Below, one piece after another: positions 42,089-55,400 of a stretch of DNA of 64,000 nt (positions are counted from its first letter, which is position 1; the number at the start of each line of letters is the position of its first letter). The translations under genes were made by a program, and so were the position numbers. Source of the stretch: Octopus vulgaris (Eukaryota); NCBI GenBank assembly GCA_951406725.2, contig OX597827.1:55242001-55306000 (forward strand), in the 5' to 3' direction. The notes beneath the pieces were generated by a model. The model saw only the letters and a list, made by a program, of their open reading frames with translations. It made no database searches and had not been told where the DNA came from.

Positions 42089-42369
42089 AAACAGTAGCAT
42101 GCCGGGCAAAATGCTTAGCAGTAGTTTGTCTGTCTTTACATTCTGAGTTCAAATTCTGTCCACCTGGTTAACAATATATTTACATATATACTAAATCATA
42201 CATGTCATAGTATTACTATATGTTTTAAAAGAAAGCAATACAAGCCAATGAAAGAGAAGGTAAGCTCTACAAAATCAGTCAAACTACCAGGTAAAACAAC
42301 GGCAAAATCACCCTCAAACGACATTAAACCTTTAAAATTTATATACATATATATATATATATATATATC

Positions 42370-42610
42370 AGGAGAGTTTACGAAAAAAACAAAAGATGAA
42401 GACAAGTGATGTACAAAACAAACAGATGTATTAGTATAATGCTCAGGAATAGAAAAAGTCTTTAATGTTTCGAGCCTACGCTCTTCTTCAGAAAGAGACA
42501 CAGAAAAAACAAGGAGAGAAACAAGGAAAGGAAAAAGGAGAGAAAAAAAGGAGAGAAAAAAAAGAGAAAAAAATGTACGTAGTGGCAAACGATCTATCAT
42601 GGCGACCGCA
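42370..42610 (-). mobile_element. Penelope-like pLTR fragment
   Basis: Second copy of the 1-180 repeat, carrying the hammerhead motif and abutting a (TA)n tract. Confidence 0.65.
42459..42496 (-). ncRNA. Minimal type I hammerhead ribozyme motif (Penelope-type)
   Basis: Minus strand: ucuuu-CUGAAGA-A-gagc-guag-gcuc-GAAA-CAUU-aaaga. Stem I has 5 bp and stem II 4 bp. Stem III is vestigial (ACAU instead of the palindromic ACGU). Confidence 0.75.
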
Positions 42611-43153
42611 ACACCAGCACCTGTTCTGGTAATGTTTTTCTATATGTCGCTGGCAAGGAGATGAGTTGCTGCTATCTCTAGTGGTCAAGTGGTCATCATT
42701 GACAAGACCAAGGAAAGTTGAAATCATGTGATCTAGTGGTCTCAGCACTGAAGATGGTGGAGACTTATCTCCCTGCTAGCAATATAAACAAGCATGTATT
42801 TTGCACCAAAAGCCTATATGAGATTTTCTCTCATGGTATCTATCACAGTATAGTTTGTTCTAACAGAAGATCCATGTTTAAGCAGAGATAAATATTACCT
42901 TTCAGTATTAATACAACCTCTGTTATTTATATAAACTTTTTTAAAACCTTTAAAAGGTAAGAAAACACTGAACAGTGCAATTGTAGATATACAAAAAAGG
43001 TGAAACACATTTGTTCATGGGTTGGTTAAACCAAGGCTGACCTAGGGTTAAAACCAAAGAAGACAATGTTAAAAATACATAAAAATTTCAGATAATGAGT
43101 ATAGAATAAGGGTCAAATTAAAAGAGAAACTTCACTTCAAATAGTCTCTTTGT

Positions 43154-43563
43154 ACTCTTTTACTCTTTTACTTGTTTCAGTCATTTGACTGCGGCCATGC
43201 TGGAGCACCGCCTTTAATTGAGCAACTCGACCCCCGGGTCTTATTCTTTTGTAAGCCCAGTACTTATTCTATCGGTCTCTTTGCCGAACCGCTAAGTAAC
43301 GGGGACATAAACACACCAGCATCGGTTGTCAAGCGACGTTGGGAGGGGACAAACACAGACACACAAACATATATATATATATATATATATACATATATAC
43401 GACGGACTTCTTTCAGTTTCCGTCTACCAAATCCACTCACAAGGCTTTGGTCGGCCCGAGGCTATAGTAGAAGACACTTGCCCATGGTGCCACGCAGTGG
43501 GACTGAACCCGGAACCATGTGGTTCGTAAAAAAGCTACTTACCACACAGCCACTCCTGCGCCT
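43154..43563 (-). mobile_element. tRNA-derived SINE family 1, full-length
   Basis: Reverse complement of head aggagtggctgtgtggtaag...ggttccgggttcagtccc (A/B boxes), internal (TA)n and tail (gtaaaaga)n. Confidence 0.9.
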
Positions 43564-43866
43564 ATGTACTTAAACTTCTTAATAAAAATATAAACCCACC
43601 ATTTCAATTGAACAATACTGAATCTACATAAAGCATCTCGGATCATTCAAATATAAACATACAAAATACACCGTATTCTCATTTTGAATTATATATTATT
43701 AGCAAATGATGTTATATAAACAAGGCCCAGAAAATACGTAAACAAACTTGAAAATGTTGAATGGTGTCAGTAGGACGGGAGACAAAAATAAAAGAAAAAA
43801 AAGTAAACAAGAAATTAAACACTGGTAAAAGTTCCAGAACAGTTCTTGGAGGGTGCCATGTATATA

Positions 43867-44033
43867 TAGGCACAGGAGTGGCTGTGTGGTAAGTAGCTCG
43901 TTTACCAACCACATGGTTCCGGGTTCAGTCCCACTGCATGGCACCTTGGGCAAGTGTCTTCTACTATAGCCTCGGGCCGACCAAAGCCTTGTGAGTGGAT
44001 TCGGTAGACGGAAACTGAAAGAAGCCCATCGTA

Positions 44034-44119
<86 letters not shown>

Positions 44120-44351
44120 TATATGCGTGTGTGTGTTTGTGTGTCTGTGTTTGTCCCCCTAGCATTGCTTGACAACCAATGCTGGTGTGTTATGTCCCCG
44201 TTACTTAGCGGTTCAGCAAAAGAGACCGATAGAATAAGTACTGGGCTTACAAAAGAATAAGTCCCGGGGACGAGTTGCTCGATTAAAGGCGGTGCTCCAG
44301 CATGGCCGCAGTCAAATGACTGAAACAAGTAAAAGAGAGAGAGTAAAGAGT
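43867..44351 (+). mobile_element. tRNA-derived SINE family 1, full-length
   Basis: aggcacaggagtggctgtgtggtaag...gggttcagtccc...gaaacaagtaaaagag. Confidence 0.9.
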
Positions 44352-44402
44352 ATGGCTACATTTACACTTTATGTTAGGATATAATTTATGTGTTTGACTT
44401 AC

Positions 44403-44447
44403 CCTACTTATAGCTGGAGGAAGCGCAAACGTCTGGAAGAAGTTCAC
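44403..44447 (-). CDS. ENO4: Enolase-4-like gene, internal coding exon A (45 bp, phase 0-0)
   Basis: Minus strand cttttctcttcatttcag|GTGAACTTC...ATAAGTAGG|gtaagt, a strong acceptor and donor. Encodes VNFFQTFALPPAISR, which aligns without gaps to the vertebrate ENO4 segment as I recall it (ANCFSKLAKPPTICK). Splices in frame to 21870. Confidence 0.85.
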
Positions 44448-47400
44448 CTGAAATGAAGAGAAAAGTGAAGACAGTCAATAAAGACAGAAGTTATCAAAAG
44501 TAGTGGAGAAACAAATGAGATTATGATTGTCTTGCAGTTGAACTTCCTATATTTTTTCCAGTTTTCTTTTTAACTGCTCTTACATTGCTTATTCCGTGAT
44601 AACATGGCTTAGATAGTTATGAAAAATCTGGCTATTTATGCCTATGAAGTGTAGAAAAAAATGGCACCTATTTTTTGCAACTCTATATAATGAAAGCATG
44701 TAAATTATTTCAAAAAAAAAAAATTGCATTTAGTTGTTAAACCATACAAATTTTTCAACATAGCTTCTTCCTGACATTGATCATCTCTGCAACACAATAT
44801 CAAAATTATGCATGTTTGATTAATATTATTAGGGTGGTAGGGTTATTAGGGTGAGCTGACAGAAACATTAGCATGCTGGGCAAAATGCTTTGCAGTATTT
44901 CATCTGTCTTTACGTTCAGAGCTCAAATTCCACTGAGGTCAACTGCTTTCATCCTTTCAGGGTCAATAAATTAAGTACCAGTTGCATACTGGGGTCGATC
45001 TAATCGATTGGCCCTTCCCCAAGAATTTCGGGCTTTGTGCCTAGAGTAGAAAAGAATATTATTAGGGTGGTGATCTGGCAGAATCACTAGCATGCCAGGC
45101 AAAATGCTTAGTAGCATTTTGTCCGTCTCCATGTTCTGAGTTCAAATTCCACCAAAGTCAACTTTGCCTTTCATCCTTTTGGGGGTCGACGAAATAGGTA
45201 ACAGCTGAACGTTGGGATTCAATGCAATCAAATTGCTGGTCTTGCGCCAAAGTTTGAAACCAATTACATAAAATTTTGTGTCATAAAAAAATTGAGAATG
45301 TACAATAATGTAATTCCTTCCAGAACTATAGAAGTTTAATGGACTGGTGCTCAGCACTATAACTCTAAACAGATGATAGGCAAACATTCCTCTATATAGG
45401 GCACCAGGTAACTTTCCTCAGAAGGTCAAATACCCATTCTTTACCGATATAAACTGGAGGAAGTTGATGGCCAAAAAACACAAAAATAAAGACAGTTCAC
45501 AGCTATGATAGTTTTCATAAATTACATTTAAGAACATGCATTATCTTAAAAAATAACATATCATCAATCATTTATTTTGCCATTTTTTTTTTAACATTTC
45601 TTCTTTACATGTGCCCAAGAATTATCTGCTTAGCATCATAAAGGTTATCTTCACATATTCAATGGTATATAGTTTTCACTTTTTTAGTGGAGATATAATT
45701 TATTAGTTTAACATAAGTCTGATAGTTATTACATGCTAGAATTTGCATTGCTTTGCTTCTCTTTCTCTTATTTTCCTCTTCCTTCTCTTCTTTGGCATAA
45801 CAAGGTTATAACAGGAAATTGAGATTAAACTTTATTGAGACTAATTCTCAGTATATTATTAGCGTGCATACGTAAATATAGAGAGAAGCATTTTTGTAGA
45901 TTGATCTAAATACTATACTGTTTGGTTTAATTCATATTGCAATAAATCAAAAGATTACGGTGTACAGAAATGTGTAACTGTCTGACATTATTCATTATTT
46001 CATTTACTGCTTGGTAATGGAAACGATGGTGGTGGTGATTGTGAAATAATTGGTAAACTGCCAAACTAGACGTGTTAGAATATCTAGCCCCATGCCACAC
46101 AGATTTGAAGTTCTACTCCCACCAAGAGCAGCATTACCTGTTTAAAGAAATAAATACCAGTTTTTCCCGGATTAAGTTCAATCAACAATACTTCTCATCT
46201 TAAAAGAAAAGGAAGAATTCCAAATGAACAAATGAATCTTTATTTCATATAGTATCTAAGTTATTGTTATCATATTTATTATTAGTAAGTCAGCAGAATT
46301 ATTAGCACGTTGGACCGAATGCTTAGTAAAATTTCTTCCAGTTCTACATTTCTGCATTCAAAAACCATCAAAGTCAACTTTGCCTTTCATCCTTTCAGGA
46401 TCAATAAAATAAGTTTCAGTCAAGTACTGGGATCAATTTAATCAACTTGCCCTTCCCCTCAGAATTGTTGGCTTTGAGCCAAAATTTGAAACCATTATTA
46501 TTATTGTTATTATTATATTCAAATTCTGCCAAGGTCAACTTTGCCTTTCATTCTTTCAGGATTGATAAATTAAGTACCAGTCAAGTACCGGGGTCGGTGT
46601 GATTGACTTTCCCCCCTCCCAAAATTTCAGGCCTTGTGCCTTTACTAGGAACAAATATTATTATAATTATTGTTATTATTATTTCAGGCAGTGAGCTGGC
46701 AGAATTGTTAGCCTGCTGAGCAAAAGGCTTAGTGGCATTTTGTCTGTGTTTATGTCCCCCATAACTCAGTGGTTTGGCAAAAAGAGACCAATAGAATAAG
46801 TACTAGGATTCAATAAATAAGTACTAGTGTCAATTTGTTTGACTAAAACCCTTCAAAGTGCTACCTCAGCATGGCCGTAGTCAAATGACTGAAACAAGCA
46901 AAAGATAAAAGATATCTCAAGCTAGTAGAAGAGATGGGGCGAGTTCCAGTCCTCTTATCCACAAACAGACACCACAGGTTAAAGAGAAGCCTTGCTATCA
47001 CTGTAAAATTATCAAGTGTTTTGTTAACTCAATGTTGAGTTCAACTCTTCCTGTGTGCTAGGCAGCACAACAAGAAATTGCTCCAGTGTAATATTTCAAG
47101 TTCTTCAATGTTTCTCCAGAAGCCCAAAGTTTTAGAAGGCTCTTTGACACTAAATGAGGATCACTACATGTTTGTTTCTCTTTTTTTTTTTTTTGAGCAA
47201 TGTATTGATGTACTATTTTTCTTTCTCAATATTTTTTCCTTAAATTTGTTTAATATGTAACTGACATGTAAATAAATCACAACTATGACATGCCATAAAA
47301 AACATAAACAAAAAATCAAAACTGCTTCTTCACTACTTTGTTGGTCATGTGATACATCAACTGATCTTTACATTTGGTCATGTAATACAGTGTGCCAGAT

Positions 47401-47623
47401 GCTCAATATATATCTCAGTAGGCTATTTGGTTTCTTCTCTCTTTCACACACTTTCTCTCTCTCTCTCTCAGTCCCTTCTCTCTCTCATTGTAGATACATT
47501 TCTCACTCACTCCACATGCTCCTCAAACTCCTTTTTCTTTCCTTCTTCCCCTCATTTTTAGTCTACACACATCTATATCCCACATGCATACATCTGATCT
47601 TATCTGTTATAATATATACATTC

Positions 47624-47680
<57 letters not shown>

Positions 47681-48651
47681 TATGTAATGCAGTGAAAGCT
47701 AACGAGATAAATAATCTTTCAAAGATCACTATACCTTAGAGATGTATAACTGAAAGATTTATTAATGGAAATAGCTGGAGGGAAAAAGCTGTTTAGTAGA
47801 AAAACTATAGTCAATGCCTTAACATCAAAAGGAAGTCCACCCACAGGGTATGAAATAATTTATACGTACCTGGGTGTAACCTGGTCTCCTACCACTCACT
47901 CATTAACTAAATGTATTTATTACTTATAGTCTTTGCTTGAAAACATGCTTCTATAAATTCTCATCAAAATCTTTAATAGATGAGCCTCTAATTAGAGATT
48001 TTCTTTTCACATGCTATCAATAACATGTATAATATTTGACAAATCTGCTCAAAGAATACAGAAGAGAAATGAAATTAAAACTGTTTACCTCTCAGCAGTC
48101 TATGATGACATAACCCTTGATTTCTCAAACAAATCTATCTGTATATCCATTACTTGGGGAGATATTTGTTACAAAAGTATTTATTCAGAACTATATTCAG
48201 CTAAAACTGGCAGAGTTTTATATTTAAATGCTTCTTTAATTTACATAGGATCACTGTTGCCTCTAAGCTGTGCTCCTGTGCGTGTGCAGACATTTTACAA
48301 CTAGGAAAGGAAAAAAATGTGCACATGCAAGATAAAATCAAATCTTTTTAATTGAAGAAATTTGAGTGATGTGTACAATCCAAAGGAAGACAAAATTTGC
48401 ATACAATGCAAGATTCTGAACACACCTATGGCAAAAAGTTAAGGGAACTTTACATAGGATGCTTGTGGACAATACCCATTATTCTTAGTTTTCTTTGAAA
48501 AAGAACTATATATTTCATCAAGTGAATTCTCTAGTTGTTGTTAATGCTGTTTCTGCCCCAGGTCATTCATGGTCAAGCAGACTTTTGATCAACGATGTTG
48601 AAACCATTATCATAATCTTTCAAATACAGTGTATCTAGTACTACATCATCC

Positions 48652-49218
48652 AATGTGTCCTTCCACTTTTAAGATGGTAGAGAATGATTTGAAGATTTGG
48701 ATGTTATTTCTAGCAGGTTTGATTAATGATATGAAGTCTCCCTTGTTGAATTGTTTTCCAATCATCTTCAGAAGACATTGCCTTTTTATAGATGCCCACA
48801 ATTATATTTATACAACACAGAGTGGAGCAAATGGATGAATTAATTCTACATAATAATGTACATTTGACTCACAGATGACTCCTCCAGTTATCACCTATAT
48901 TGTGTCCAATCTCTGGCCCTTGGCTTAACAACAACACCCAGTCCTTCCTCCCAAGAATGCAGGGCCTTTGGAATTCCTTCCACATACGTTTTTCTTTTGA
49001 GTATATAAATGCACATTATTTATAGAATTAATTCATCCCATTTGCTCCCTCGTGTATTACATAAGTATAATTAAACACATCTATAAAAAGACTGTCTTCT
49101 GAAGATGACTGGAAATGAAGCCAACAAAGAAGACTCTATGTGGTCAATCAAACCTGCTAGAAATAGCATCCAAATCTTCAAATCACTCTTTATCATCTTA
49201 AAAATGGCAGGAAACATT
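48652..49218. repeat. Diverged inverted repeat, about 215-bp arms
   Basis: Examples: gatttgaagatttggatgttatttctagcaggtttgatt vs aatcaaacctgctagaaatagcatccaaatcttcaaatc, and ggagcaaatggatgaattaattcta vs tagaattaattcatcccatttgctcc. Confidence 0.9.
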
Positions 49219-49877
49219 TTTGTATGGGGATGATGCTTAGGGTGGAGGTGAGTAGCTTAGTGGTTAGGGTGTCAGCATCATGATCGTAAGATTGTAGTTT
49301 CAATTACTGGACCGGGCGACACGTTGTGTTCTTGAGCAAAACACTTCATTTCACGTTGCTCCAGTCCACTCAGCTAGCAAAACGAGTAACGCTGCGATGG
49401 ACTGGCGTCCCGTCCAACTGGGGAACACATACGCCATAGCAACCAGGAAACCAGGTCCATGAGCCTGGCTAGGCTTTAAAAGGGCTCATTTATCATTTTA
49501 TTATTTTATGATGCTTAGGAACAGAAGGGAGGAATGAAGGATGAATATTATCTGTGGAGGTGTGGGTCAGCTTTGCTTTTCATCCTTTCAAGGTAAGATT
49601 AAAGTAATGTGAGTTATGGATCAACTAATCTCCATCCTCGTATTTTAAGGTTTATACATAGAATCAGTAGAGCATTAGAATAAATAAATACAATGCAATA
49701 TGCACTGAGTTTAAATCCTGCCAACTTCAAATTTGACTTCCATTCCTCTGGGGGTCTCTAAAATAAAGTAGCAATCAAGTACTTGGATCAATAGTATTCA
49801 CTAATTCTTCTCCCACTGAAATTTCTGACCATGTACCTGAATTAGAAGCAAATTAGAAACAATTGCTGCTGTCACTG

Positions 49878-50060
49878 TTAGTAGTAGTGGCAGTGGTAGT
49901 AGGAATGGTGGTGGTGGTGGTTGTGGTTGTGGGGGTGGTGGTGGTAGTGGTGGTGGCAATAGTAGCAGCAGCAGCAATAGTAGTGGTGGTGGTGGTAGCA
50001 GCAGTAGTAGTGGTGGTGGTGGTGGTGGTAGCAGCAATAATAGTAGTGGTGGTGGTAGTA
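49878..50060. repeat. (GGT/AGT/AGC)n low-complexity tract
   Basis: Source of the poly-P, poly-T and poly-V ORFs. Confidence 0.9.
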
Positions 50061-50136
50061 GAAAATGTTTTTATAAACATGACTGATTAATCTTCAATCT
50101 GCACCAGATACACAAACACATCACATACACACATGT

Positions 50137-50184
<48 letters not shown>

Positions 50185-51369
50185 ATGTGTTTTGAATAGA
50201 ACTGCTAAGCATTTAAACATCAAAAGCAATTATATTAGGTGTTGATAATTATGATAGATTCAACTCCACCAATTCCACAGACTCGGTTCTGATGTCTAAC
50301 CACTGCCAACACACAATTAGATGATGCAGAATGAAGCACAGTTTAATAGCACCATAACAGTAACTCTCTTCTAAAAGTTTAAATTCCATTATTTATATCA
50401 TATACATACATACAAAAATACATACATACACACACACATACACACACACATACATACATACATACATACATACATACATACATACATACATACATAAATA
50501 CATACATAATCATCATAATAATGATAATACTTTCTACTAAGGGCACAAGGCCTGAAATTTGTGGGGAGGGGACTAGTTTATTACACTGACCCCAGTGTTT
50601 CACTGGTACTTAATTATCAACCCCAAAAGGATGAAAGGCAACGTCAATCTCAGCGGAATATGAACCCAGAATGTAGCAATGGTCAAAATACCACTAAGCA
50701 TTTCGTCCAGCAGGCTAACGATTCTACCAGCTCATGCCTTAATAAGAATAATAATCCTTTCTACTATAGGCACAAGGCCTGCAATTTTAAGTAGGGGGAT
50801 AGTCAATTACATCAATCCCAGTATTCAACTGGTACTTATTTTACCAAACCCGAAAAGACAAACGGTACAGTCTACTTCAATGGAATTTGAAATCAGAATG
50901 TAAAGACAGGTGAAAAGCGTTTTGCCTGGCATGCTAACAATTTTGCCAGCTCACCATCTTAATAATAATAATAATAACTATACCTATTTGTTGGCATCTG
51001 TACACAGATATAATGTTCTTTTTTGGAATTATTTTGCCTTTCCCTTGGATAATATCAGTGGTATGGAGAAGGGAGGATGGTATGCATGGGTAACTGCTGG
51101 TCCTCCATAAACAACCTTGCCTGGACTTGTGCCTTGGAGGGGAACTTTCTAGATGCAATCCCATGGTCATTCATGACCAAAGGGAGTCTACCCTATACGG
51201 AGGGCTAAAAGCTGTCTGAATATTGGAAAAGTGTTACCTGCATCATGATGGCTTGAGCCAGGTATCAAAATGGCAACATCATGACTATTGCTCAATGCTC
51301 TATGAATACTGTAAAGGCTCTAAGACAAGACATGGACAGCTGCAAAGGAGAGTACAAAAACATTGTAAT

Positions 51370-51923
51370 GGTCTCTAGGTGTGTCTCCAGTGAAAGTGAT
51401 GTCATGCAGCCCCACATTTTTTTAACAAAGACTTAGGCGCAGTTCAATTGGCTATGTGAAGCTGCTGGAGGCTGTGATCAGTCCTTAGCTGAAGAGAGTT
51501 GCTACTGGTAGACCATATGTGTGGCAGCAGGTTTCAGCTCCTTGTCATACCTCTAGAAAGAGTCAAAAATGGTTGTCAGAGCTCCAATTTCTGGCCTCCT
51601 AATTCCCCTGATTGTAATCCCATAGATTACTATGTGTGGGGTGTGGTTGAAAAAGACATCAACTGTTCTGCATGCAACTCCAAAACTGAGCTGGTAGCTA
51701 AGATCAAGGAAGTGTTTGAAGATCTTCCCAGGGACACAGTGAAGAATGCATGCACCAGGTTCCTGAGCCATCTTGAGACTGGTGGAAGCTGAAGTGGCTA
51801 CTTTGTTATCTACCAGCCATAATTTAGTTTATATTTTTTGATTTAAGTACTTTTATTTTTGAATGGGATAGCGTTTTCTTTTCCTTTTAATCAAACTGTC
51901 AACCTTAGCCTAAACACCATGTA
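51370..51923 (+). mobile_element. Tc1/mariner transposon 3' remnant
   Basis: FWPPNSPDCNPIDYYVW...NACTRF. Ends aaacaccatg-TA, a degenerate caccctg-TA terminus. Confidence 0.85.
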
Positions 51924-52129
51924 TGTGTGTGTATGTGTGTGTGTGTGTGTGTGTGTGCGTGTATTGAATGTTATTGTTAATGGCTGTCTCCATTATCATA
52001 GAGGTGTTAGAAAAGAGAGCAATAGAAGAGAGCCTTTCTTTAGAACAGGACACACTGAAGCTTCCTAATGTCAAAGTATATTTCTGCAGAGAGTGAGGCA
52101 TTAAAGACATTAGTGAATATAGGTGCAAG

Positions 52130-52880
52130 TTCTGGAATACAGAATAGCAAAAGGTGCAGTGTCAGGGACAGTGGCCTTGTTTAAAACCACAAAGTATTTC
52201 TGCACTTGGCATGGGTGTATGTAGGGTGGGGAGCATGGTGGAGTTGGAACAGGATAATTTTGGAGAGAATTGGCCAAAGATGTCTAGTGCAGAGTTGGAT
52301 GCAAAGCAGCTGTCAAAGGTTGAGGCTTTCTCCATGGGGGTACTACATACAGAGTCATCGTTGTTCAGGAGAAGAGGAAAAGATGACTCTGCAAAGTGTG
52401 TGAAAATTCTTTTCGCAATGAACCAAAATGATCAATTGCAAGAGACTTTGAAGGCATGTGACACCTGAAGGCTTCTTTTGTGCACTGGCTAATGTCTTAC
52501 AAGAGTTGCACTGCTGGATGAACACCAATTAGAGTAGGTGAGATTCTCCAGGTATTGTAGATCTACTTTTTTTTTTGTCCCCTTGAACAGCTACAGTACA
52601 ACATCAGGTAAACTACTTACAAGACTCGGGACACTGAGATTCTGTTGTGCATGGGATGAGGAGGGATATGATAAAGCAGCTGGGTTTGGCTATTCATCAA
52701 GCTGTTTTTGATGGGTCAAGGATGAAGTCAAGAATAAGGAGTAAAAAACAAACATAGCTTTGACCAGTCAACTAACTCAAATGGTATAAGGATCCAAGGA
52801 GAAGTGAGCGCTGTATAGTATGTGATTGAGTGATGGGCTGTTGCAATGAGGATTTGGTCAGATGTATGCATACTGAACAA
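52130..52880 (-). mobile_element. Decayed CR1/Jockey-group LINE ORF2 fragment
   Basis: The minus strand contains a FASNS motif (about 52267-52292) typical of the endonuclease-RT linker, with many stops. Confidence 0.45.
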
Positions 52881-52909
52881 CCATGAAAATATATTTTATA
52901 TATATATAT

Positions 52910-53098
52910 ATGTGGTCTAATCAATAAGTATCCGGACTGTTGCTATAGTAATGAAGCTAAAGCGCAGAGTGAAGCTGCTCGGCAAAGATCGACCTGGAAC
53001 TCTGCTGTGCATGTGCACTATGTTTTAACATTCTAGCTCACTTCCACTGTTTACAGCAGTGCTTTGAAGGAAAGTGTGTAGCGTGTGATCATCGCATT
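52910..53098. mobile_element. Mariner-like terminal fragment
   Basis: TA-tgtggtctaatcaataagtatccggact resembles a mariner TIR next to (TA)n. Confidence 0.4.
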
Positions 53099-55356
53099 CC
53101 TTTGACTAAAACCCTTCAAGGCAGTGCTCCAGGATGGCCACAGTCAAATGACTGAAGCAAGTAAAAGAATATATATAATGTGGGTTTATAGGGAAATAAT
53201 TTTCCAGGCAGGTATTGTTGTAGATCTCAGGACCTTGAAAGAAGGTGCACAGAAAATTATGCTGGGTTGCATGAGCAACCACACATTCTCTATGTAGCAG
53301 AAACACATATTGGTCATTATAACCAAATAATTACGTTGTATGACCAACGATAAAATTAAAGAAAAATTTGATGATGTACCAGTCTCCATATTCTTTATAA
53401 TTATTTGAAGTGGTGGGGGAGAAAAACTGAATGGAGGAAGTATTTTACCTTTGACTTTAAATGAACGCCAATTCACTATTATTCTGGCATTTTAAATGAC
53501 CATTAACAAATTGCATCTATTTTTACTTTATTTTCTAATCATTTTTAATGTATTTAATTAAGCATATTTGACATAACTAAAGCTGACATTACTACACTTG
53601 CATATACATGTGAATATGTAAATATCTGAGTTCAGTTGTTTGTGTGTCTATATGTAGTACCTACCCAAACAAGAGGTGGGGTACGAGTGTCTGGGTGTAT
53701 GGAGGTGTATGGGGTGTGAGGGGAGTGCAAGGGTATTGGAGAGAATTTCTGACATATCTATAAAATTCTTTGAGGTAGCACATAAAATTCCTCTTGTGAA
53801 TAAAGGAGAAATGAGAAACCAATAGATTTCTTTTTTTTAATCACAAAACTTCATTTATCTTGCAGTATAGAAGAGGGGAGAGTCAACTAAGAGAGGAAGA
53901 AATACTCAGGACAGGATAGAGAGAGAGTGTGTGAAGAAAATAACTGAAAAACAGACATGGAAAGAAATCCAGAAAGTAGCAGATATGCAGCCAGAGAGAA
54001 AGATAAACTATTGCATGGAATATGAAATTTGTAAAGAAATACAGAAAGAGTAATCTAAGAGAGAGAGAGAAGGAATTACTTAGAGATAGAGACAGAGCAA
54101 AGTTAGTGGAGGTAAGGAGAGTAGGACAGGGTTACTAGAAGCAGATATTCTTGGACTTCAACTAGTAAGATGCAAACCACATATCCTGTTTCCTTCATTC
54201 CTTATCAATACACTCTATACTCTCCAGATAACACTCTATACTCAAACTTCACTCTTGAAGGTGGTGACTACACATATGTTAATTCCACTCTCACCCACCA
54301 CTCACTTCTCTTCTCACCTGGGCTATGGGCACAGTCTCCCTCTCTTACCTTTTGAATTTATGGTTTCCTCAGTGATCACATCATTGAAGCAGGTATTCTC
54401 TGACATGCACTATATGAGATTTTGTGTGCCCAAAGTCTTTGTTTTGTTTCCTCCCGTCACTATTCTTCCTATACATCAATAATCTACTTGCCATCCTTTT
54501 CAACAAGGAGGACAAATATAGAGCACAAAACTCTCGTTCCAAGGCAGACAATATACAAGCACATACATATATATACACACACATATATAAATAGATGGTA
54601 TTTTTTCAGCTTCTACTAAATCCACTCACAGGGCTTTGGTTGGCCCAAAGCTATACAGTAGAAAAAAATTGCCCAAGGTACCACACAGTGGGACTGAACT
54701 CAAAATCATGTGGTTGGGATGCAAACTTTCTTACCATACTTGCATCTATAATATTCTTTATTTTATTAAAACTAGTTAAAATTACAAGCAAATGACAAAA
54801 AAATTATGGTTTTTACTCCAAAAACCATAAACCATTGAAAAAAAAAGAACAATCAACAGTTGTGTGCAAAATCTATTACATGGTCTATTGAAGAAGTTGT
54901 GAATTTAGATATTTATGCGCCCATACGCAGATAATTTGGGTAATTTTAATTTTGGCAATTTGTTTCAGTAACATGATCTATGACCAAGCAAGTAGACAAC
55001 AATGGTGCTGGTAAGTAGTTAACAGTACAGCAACTGGTAGAAGCCGCCAGTTACCATCATCTATCACCTGTTATACCAGGTAAATATTTATGCTTCAGCT
55101 AGTAGTTTATTATAAGTACTGGGTGTTTCAGAGATGAACATGAGTGGAAAACAAGGAACTGGCTGGCACAGAATCAACAGAAAAACTTATGGTTTTATCT
55201 TTTGCACATGTAACAACATCTGTCAATGTTAAAGGTCACTTTGAAAACAACATTCAAACAGCCACAATGAACAGTGCATATTGAGAATTAATTTAATTCT
55301 TGCATTAAATATACAGAAAAATGCAGTGTTTCTTTATAAAAATTTAATGCAAGTTG

Positions 55357-55400
<44 letters not shown>

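Noticed and set aside
46960-47050. C2H2 zinc-finger-like EKPCYHCK fragment (also GDKPSGCDV near 19230)
   Set aside because: No complete C2H2 pattern, no tandem fingers and no splice support.
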